A DNA stretch of 52,225 bases from Tubiluchus corallicola (Eukaryota > Animalia > Priapulida), in NCBI GenBank assembly GCA_030141605.1, contig JAQGDQ010001250.1, forward strand, positions 1-52,225. The letters run 5' to 3'. This document shows positions 44,701 through 52,225 of the stretch, in pieces. Under the pieces are notes generated by a model. It saw only the letters and a program-made list of their open reading frames with translations. It was not told where the DNA came from and ran no database searches. Position 1 is the first letter of the stretch. Each line of letters starts with the position of its first letter. The position numbers were made by a program, and so were the translations under genes.

Positions 44701-45415
44701 AATAATCAGTATCATATTAATTAGAGCCTTGTAATAATGTGAAATGAGCATTAGTATTGTTTTGATAACATGTAATATCTACTACGAGTCAGAATTCCAC
44801 GCAGAAGCAGTCTGAGAAAAATAATCAGTATCGTATTAATTAGAGCCTTGTAATAGTGTGAAATGAGCATTAGTATTGTTTTGATAACATGTAATATTTA
44901 CTATGAGTCAGAATTCCATGCAGAAGCAGTCTGAGAAAAACACTCCAGTTAGTTAATAAGTGAGTAAGTTAGTTTATTAGTTTAACACCATTTTTATAAT
45001 AGTAAAATACATATATAACTAAGTAGTTTATAATTCTACACAACATTAAATAATGTTACAATATTCTCATGATAGAATTTTTCAGTGCACCGCTGTACAT
45101 ACAATAATGATTATTATGAGGCAAAATAGATACTACTGTATAATATATGGGCACTACGAAACATTTCCATACAAAATATAAACTCAAGCACAACAGAAAT
45201 CAGAAACTGCACTAATTGTTCCACTTACACCCTGGTATATATTCGACTACCTCCTCTTGTGCAACTGAAGTAACCATTTCTGTTGCTCCTGGCAAAGAAT
45301 CCAGACTTTTCACAGACGTGGTCCATTTTACCGATGGAACATAAACGTAGGATAGTCCTGTACACAGCGTTACGATCACAATCAACTGAATGACCCGATA
45401 TCGTCGAAAGATCAT
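32349..45415 (-). CDS. WSCD1/WSCD2-family membrane-anchored sulfotransferase, 6 coding exons, 378 aa
   Basis: Exons 45415-45229, 43337-43307, 39424-39273, 38535-38377, 35639-35412 and 32728-32349; phase-compatible, 1137 nt. N-terminal signal-anchor [19 protein letters not shown]; 5'-PSB-like [14 protein letters not shown]; KTH; 3'-PB-like [15 protein letters not shown]; C-terminal LVVLYE...RMLDFL...RLHC. Confidence 0.88.
32973..33455. mobile_element. hAT (Charlie-like) MITE
   Basis: TIRs CAGGGGTGTGCAAATT / AATTTGCACACCCCTA; GCGGCCCG subterminal motifs; 8-bp TSD TTTTAACA. Confidence 0.88.
34040..34547. mobile_element. Putative Kolobok-type MITE
   Basis: TTAA flanks and imperfect TIRs AGGAAAACCAGATGATTGT / ACAATTGTCCGGTCTTTCT. 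Confidence 0.45.
35412..35639 (-). CDS. WSCD-like exon 5
   Basis: [24 protein letters not shown]...[19 protein letters not shown]...FKHR. Confidence 0.9.
35714..36530 (+). mobile_element. Tc1/mariner-type MITE
   Basis: TA|CAGTTAAACCTAGTTAT ... ATAACGAGGTTCGACTG|CA (degenerate TIRs and TSD). Confidence 0.7.
36675..38358. repeat. 106-bp tandem array, ~16 copies, ending ~18 bp from the WSCD exon 4 donor
   Basis: ORF-track duplicates are 424 bp (4x106) apart. Confidence 0.95.
38377..38535 (-). CDS. WSCD-like exon 4 (PAPS-binding loop)
   Basis: [53 protein letters not shown]; donor gtacac is weak, so the 3' end is slightly uncertain. Confidence 0.88.
39273..39424 (-). CDS. WSCD-like exon 3
   Basis: tttcag|[23 protein letters not shown]...MWISD|gtaagt. 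Confidence 0.8.
39512..39770. repeat. ~130-bp tandem duplication
   Basis: gtcaatcaaacaaactattaaggccag...ttttcatta occurs twice. Confidence 0.88.
40444..41270. repeat. 85-bp tandem array, ~10 copies
   Basis: gtgacaatt recurs at 40615, 40700 and 40785. Confidence 0.94.
42002..42497 (+). mobile_element. 5S rRNA-derived SINE (SINE3-like), 5'-truncated
   Basis: 42002-42068 matches the 3' half of 5S rRNA (GCCTGGTTAGTACTTGGATGGG.GACCGCC..GGAATAC..GGTGC.GTAGGCTT), followed by a GC-richer body ending GAAGGATGCCAACAAC. Confidence 0.75.
43307..43337 (-). CDS. WSCD-like exon 2 (31-nt microexon)
   Basis: ttgcttcag|[11 protein letters not shown]|gtaaga; bridges the phase-1 donor of exon 1 to the phase-2 acceptor of exon 3. 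Confidence 0.65.
43356..44940. repeat. 119-bp tandem array interrupted by a (GTG/GTGTG)n tract at ~43710-44155
   Basis: aataatcagtatc recurs at 43356, 43475 and 43594, and the array resumes after 44155. Confidence 0.93.
45229..45415 (-). CDS. WSCD-like exon 1 (type II signal anchor)
   Basis: [27 protein letters not shown]...EYIPG|gtaagt. Confidence 0.75.
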
Positions 45416-45877
45416 CGAATGTTTAGCTAACAAATAATCAACTTTACGGAATCACTCTTAACCGAAGAGCAAGCATGTAGGGCAGTACACATTTCTACAT
45501 TCAAGCTGAGTGAACATTAAACTTCCTGGGTTTGGTAACCTCAAGCTTTCTGTCAAGAGCATCCAAGCGTAGAACCTGGCAAATCCTCTCATGTATTAGC
45601 AGGTAAGTGCAATATCTTGCAGGTATAGTTACTGTCCATTTCAGAAGAAAAAGTTAAAATTAGTTATGCTAGATTGGATCCAACACAAATGCTAAACCAA
45701 CAAAGTCATCCTTATCTAGGCATAGCAACTGGGATGCTTCCCAGTTTACGTTAACACAACAAACCTTTTCATAGCACTAAAGAAACATTTTCTGTGCTTT
45801 TTGTCCTGTGAACATGATATCGTAGCCCTATTAGGCAACCTACTTGCTGGTACAGGAATTTGAAGCATTAATAAAAA

Positions 45878-46718
<841 letters not shown>

Positions 46719-46814
46719 CACCTAAACTACCTGCAATAATAAACACTAGCTATATTATTGCAGGCAGCCCGCCCAAGTGTCTAAAGGGATGATACATCCT
46801 TCCCAGTTGAGTCC

Positions 46815-46982
46815 TACACGTCACTCATTACAGGACCAATGACAAGTCGTACACGTCACTCATTACAGGACCAATGAGAAGTCGTACACGTCATTCATTA
46901 CAGGACCAATGACAAGTCGTACACGTCATTCATTACACGACCAATGACAAGTCGTACACGTCATTCATTACACGACCAATGA
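46815..46982. repeat. 35-bp minisatellite, ~5 copies
   Basis: Unit tacacgtcattcattacaggaccaatgacaagtcg. Confidence 0.92.
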
Positions 46983-47574
46983 AGTCAACAGGAAGAAGAA
47001 AATTGATTACAATTTTTGTAACACAATTTATATTCACTTAATAAATTTTTTTGTTGTTGTAACAATGCAGTTTTTGTTAAATTAACTAATACAATATTTA
47101 AAACAGAGGTTTTTCATTAGTAATGTAAGTCTAAGCTAAATATCTGATTCCCAGTTGAACATAAATTAGTTATAAATTAAGTTATAAATTATTCAGGTAT
47201 TAAAATGGATTATGACGCATATTTAATCCCACGTTTTATCAATTTTTCAATAAATCATAATTATTATATAATTCCTGGTGTAAATGGTCACTTAAAATAT
47301 GGAACCTTTTTTACTTGTTCAACAACACAATTATTAATTTTAATGACGCCGCTCATGTTACTTATGGACTCTAAAATATGAATTTAGTTTTAGCTGGTTT
47401 AAAGCAACGCTAATAGAAAATTTGAATTCTATGCATACAAAAATCATGCATACTACTTGATTTGTAGTGCAGTAAAACACCAATAATACATTTAAAAATC
47501 GTGCGCAGAAATCACAGCTAAATTGCGCTAATTGCATGGTATTTTAATCGTTTTAATGATAAAGAAAGTAAGTA

Positions 47575-48019
47575 CAGTCCAGTCTCGTTATCTCGCCAAT
47601 GTCCGTCTAGGGCAAATTTTTGGCGAGAGCCGAGTATGGCCAGATAACGGGAATATAACGAAGTTAGTCTATATGTATATACATAATAGTTGATTAACAT
47701 AGTACTCCTAAGATTAATAGACACATGCTAGATTAATTATGTCTGTCTATCGAGTACAGCAGCATTGTCTACATACCGCGGTTATATTGATCGACAGGCG
47801 GTATATATATTGATCGATTCACCTCTGAGTTTGTCTGTTTGGCGACATAACGAATATAGTTTACATAAGCACTCATCCTAGCGTGACGTGGCGAGGGCGA
47901 GAAGCGAGGGTGGCGACTTAGCGAGGTAAATATCAAAGCAGGAAATCCGTCCTGGTACTTTCTATGGCGAGAGACGAGTTTGGCGGCATAACGAGGGGCG
48001 AGATAACGAGGCTAGACAG
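47575..48019. mobile_element. Tc1/mariner-type MITE
   Basis: TA|CAGTCCAGTCTCGTTATCTCGCC ... GGCGAGATAACGAGGCTAGACAG|TA. Confidence 0.82.
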
Positions 48020-48963
48020 TAGTTCAAGTGCTGAATTATCATAATCCATAATTTTAGGTTCGAATTGCTCACCCCTCACTCCAAGGGAAAATTCCTAAAC
48101 TTTTTAAACAGTTTTCTTCGTAAGATCATTCGTAAGAACTTACGCTAGATATCGTAAGTTATGAAACTTCTAAACTGTTTTTTTCTGCAAAGAAGTGATA
48201 AATTAAGATACTTACTTCGCAACTTTAAGAAAGCAAGAACATTTCTAAGCGTGAAAAAATGGCTTGCATTGCTTTTGGAGTTGAAGACGACTATTCAGGA
48301 AAAGTGACTGCACTCGATCGCTCCACTGTATAGGAACTATCTACGATACATTGAACTTTCAGCTTTTTTGGAAAGGACTGCCTTTTAAACAACTTTTAAC
48401 TTTTTAACTAAAACGGAAGCTGACAAAGGCTGACCGGTGTAAGTGTTAAACAGAGGTGATGCTTTCCACCTGCCTCCCATAGAAACAACAACTAGTCTTT
48501 GTGGCACAAAGAAGACCATGTGCGAGCGGAGCTTGCCTCGAACATGCGGGGTATGTGTCGTTCCATGTATTATTTGATTGTATATATGTTCAAGTATAAT
48601 GAACACTAAACTAGATCCTTTGTCGAGAATTAGTAACTAGTTATGCATAACTTCAAACTTTCAGCTTTTTTGGAAAGGACTGCCTTTTAAACAACTTTTA
48701 ACTATTTAACTGAAAACGGAAGCTGAAAATATCAGGTTTTACTGCAGGAGGTACTGGGTGGTTGTCCTAAAGAAAAATTTACCTGAATTTTGTATTGATC
48801 CAGTCAGTTATTGCAAATTTTTTAGAGAAAAACCACTTATAGAGATACTTCAGGGAACTGACTAATACTTGAAACTTGGAACTGGAGAGTCTGACAAGAG
48901 GTTCTCTCCTGGCTTAACTCTAACAATAAATATACAATTTACAAAATTGAGAGCTGAGTTCTT

Positions 48964-49350
48964 TGCGGCACTTACAAAACTATACAATGCGGAACTTACA
49001 AAAGTATGCAATGCGGAACTTACAAAAGTATGCAATGCGGCACTTACAAAAGTATGCAATGCGGCACTTACAAAAGTATGCAATGCGGCACTTACAAAAG
49101 TATGCAATGCGGCACTTACAAAAGTATGCAATGCAGCACTTACAAAAGTATGCAATGCGGCGCTTACAAAAGTATGCAATGCAGCACTTACAAAAGTATG
49201 CAATGCGGCACTTACAAAAGTATGCAATGCGGCACTTACAAAAGTATGCAATGCGGCACTTACAAAAGTATGCAATGCGGCACTTACAAAAGTATGCAAT
49301 GCAGCACTTACAAAAGTATGCAATGCGGCACTTACAAAAGTATGTAATGC
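48964..49350. repeat. 24-bp minisatellite, ~16 copies
   Basis: Unit tgcggcacttacaaaagtatgcaa. Confidence 0.96.
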
Positions 49351-49764
49351 AAATGTTTCGAGTGTTTGTGCGTGTGTTGGTTTTTCGCCAGTTATTACAC
49401 AAGTTTGCTGAACGCAGTTTGCATAAGTTTGCTAGCAGCAAAAGAGGAATTAAACGTGTGAGTGCAGCACAATTAATAAAATACATTTATAAGGAATAAA
49501 ATTAAAACGATCTTGCATAGAATCAGAGGAATCACAGACATAGTGTTATAAAACGTGGTGTAGAAATTAAATTGTAATGTGACGTGTGGATACATTCTGC
49601 TGTTTATGTGTAATGAACAAGAAAAAATGAACTAGGTAAGGTACTAGCTAGTTGTTAAAACAGTTACTATCTCAACAGCTTGGGATGCGAGGCATTGTCA
49701 AGTGTACACAACTGCCTTGTCTGGTACACTTGACCTCTGACCTATAACCTATAGTCACTATCAA

Positions 49765-50480
49765 TCGCCGGAACTGTGAAAAGGCTGATTGTAAGCGCAA
49801 TCAAATACTGGTTAAGTATACTGAATCATCCGCCATTCTCATTAGTGTATCTAGCATACTTGCAAAATGTTCAACTTCTGGAACATAATACCGACTGTTT
49901 CCTGAAATTTATCACAGATATTTTAAATCATACAGGATTCTCACACATTTGGGAGGCTCAAAGTACAGAGTCGATCACGCCCAAACAAACCTATTAATTT
50001 ACTGAAATCAAAACTGCAAACTAACTATTGCAAATTACTGGAAGGAAAATGAAACCGAAGAAAGTGGTAAAAACATTAATGAAAAGAATAAGCTACGAAC
50101 TTATTCAAAGTTTAAAAATGAATTCGTAGAAGAAAAATACTTATTGCTAATAAAAAAAAAACCTGTTAAAAGAGTAAACTTTACAATGTTGTGTCTTAGC
50201 TCACACAACCTCCTTATTGAAAACTGTCGATTCACCAAACATAAAATCTTCCTTAACAACAGATTACGCCATTTTTGTAAACATCAAAAAAAGCTGATGA
50301 TGAAAAACATTTAATTCTTGAATGTAACTATAATAATGATTTAAGACAGAGTCTGTTTTCTCATGTCAATGAAATTTTCTCAAACTTTATTAATCCTATG
50401 TTACAGGAAAACTTAATATTTCATATAAATGGAAATGAAAGTGAACTTGTAAAATTTACTTCAAACTATAGACTGTTTTA
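49765..50480 (+). mobile_element. Decayed 3' fragment of a non-LTR retrotransposon (RTEX-like C-terminus)
   Basis: Frameshifted peptides AIKYWLSIL...ILNHTGFSHIW, NKLRTYSKFKNEFVEEKYL, LSSHNLLIE and DDEKHLILEC resemble the Cys/His C-terminal region of such LINEs. Confidence 0.7.
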
Positions 50481-52225
50481 AAAGAAGTGTGGAAGTTGGA
50501 ATTGTATATTACAGTTAGGTGCTGCCATCTATGGGCTAATCCTGTTACATTCTACCAGCTAACTTACCCCCAGTATAATTGTATGGTCCAGTGAATGCAT
50601 ATTCACTGGTTCTCTCCCTATTTTAAAGTAATGGTTGTTGTGAAGCGTGTGCAAGTGTGCATAGGTCACCTATAGCTATATATACTGACTGTTTTTGCTT
50701 TCTAGTTACTCTCACGCTCACTCTCAGTGCATTACAACAGTCATACTACTCATCTCTCTTTAAACTCTCACTCTCTCAATCTCAGTGTTCAGTGCAGCAG
50801 TCGTGCTACTCATGTGTCTTTAGTTTAATAAACACTTTTCAGTTTTGTGCAGTGCAACTATGTATTATAGATTTTTACTCTTGTTCATACTTCTTAAACT
50901 CAATCATTACAAAGTGAGTGATCTACAACTTTAAACATGACTTTCACAAGAAGAAAATAATATCTTAGTCACAGAAAATCACATCTAATTAATAGCAAAG
51001 GCGCATTATTTTTGCTTTACATTTATGCACGTTTTTGATTTGATAATTTTCGTTTAGATTCACTACTTATATAATGTAAAATCATATGCTCATTTGTTAT
51101 CCCAAAAAATTTTACTAATAATAAGGGTGGCTGATTAAAATAAGCTTCGTCACCCTTCGCTTCAATTGTATTTTGTAATTTAGTAATAACTAGAAGTGTG
51201 ATATGTACAAAAGGGAAAATAACATGAACTTTAATCTGAATCTGATCTGACATTATTGCAATTATATTGTTGCGGGCACTCTTAGTCAGGGTTGGCTTTG
51301 CGCATGCGCGTCATTTGCTGTAAAAGCAGTGAGCACGTAGTTTTCTACGTCTCTGTCGTGTCGTCACGTCCACTATGTGTGCTGCTCTTTCCAGTGCCTA
51401 GTAGTGGTTGTCATTTTGGTAGGTACGGCATAGTTTGAATATAATTAATTATCTTTTGTCTTTCTCTCTCGTGCACTCCTCCCTGGTAGGATGCAATGCG
51501 GTCAAACGAAGGCTGACTGCTCGACCGTCTTCGCGTCCTTCGACCCCCTGGCGGCTCCCAGGGCAGGACTCCGCAACAATATTATTTTTGCAAATGCGCA
51601 ACTATTATTAACTGTTTAGCCTCTACTGTTTCTTTTATTGTTTAATAATTATGACGATTATACCCAAGTGTTGGGATGCCGTGAATGTTGTGTGATTTAT
51701 ATGTACATTGTATTGTATATTGTATTGTGTATTGTATTGTGTTGTCAGTCGATAGACTATAAATTCTAGCAGCTGTCCATTCTCAACATGCACTGGCATA
51801 AGATGTGCTTGTGGAGCGAATTACCTGCAGATGCAATTCTAATGGCTTCTTTCAGACAGACTGTTTTCCACCATTTTACTATCCAAGAGCACGCATTTAA
51901 ATCCTTGCGCCTCGTATATACTTTATTTGTTTTTAGCGTTTAATCGTATTTGTAGACAATTTTTGTCATTTAAGTAATTTGTCTTGAATACGTTGTCATT
52001 TCTTACAATGTAATTTTTATTTTAGCTCTGTGTGTCTACTACTGGATGGATAACAGGCAGTGATCTGTTTGAGGATTTAGTTCCTTGCTGTCATCCATGG
52101 CACATCCATGGCTACCATAAGCGGTAGGTACAACCTTCCATTGGTAGGATAACCAGTGGTAGGGTTACCAAAGACGCAATCAGAAAAATTACCCATTCAT
52201 TTGATTCAAATTACATTAATTTCTA

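Noticed and set aside
48862-49499. Five overlapping ORFs of 8-aa repeats (e.g. CNAALTKV, antifreeze-like)
   Set aside because: A 24-bp minisatellite lacking stops in most frames; no supported splice context or frame preference.

Overview
AT-rich, repeat-dense animal (probably invertebrate) genomic DNA with spliceosomal introns; it is not prokaryotic. Three gene loci can be rebuilt exon by exon from GT-AG junctions with matching phases. (1) A complete 8-exon annexin on the minus strand (18536->2166, 317 aa) in which only repeat 1 keeps a canonical type II Ca2+ site. (2) An FBXO4-like F-box gene on the plus strand whose exons are in circularly permuted order: exons 4-5-6 (23229-24574) lie upstream of exons 1-2-3 (25446-28786). 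Exon 4 has one in-frame TAA, and the block is bracketed by direct copies of MITEs. (3) A 6-exon WSCD-family sulfotransferase on the minus strand (45415->32349, 378 aa). The rest is intron-specific tandem arrays (one clearly amplified from an RTE LINE coding fragment), piggyBac/Tc1-mariner/hAT/Kolobok-type MITEs, Helitron-like elements, LINE and SINE remnants, microsatellites, and a ~2 kb inverted repeat at the left edge. Most ORF-track entries are microsatellite or minisatellite artefacts. Family assignments rest on recalled motifs, not on database searches.
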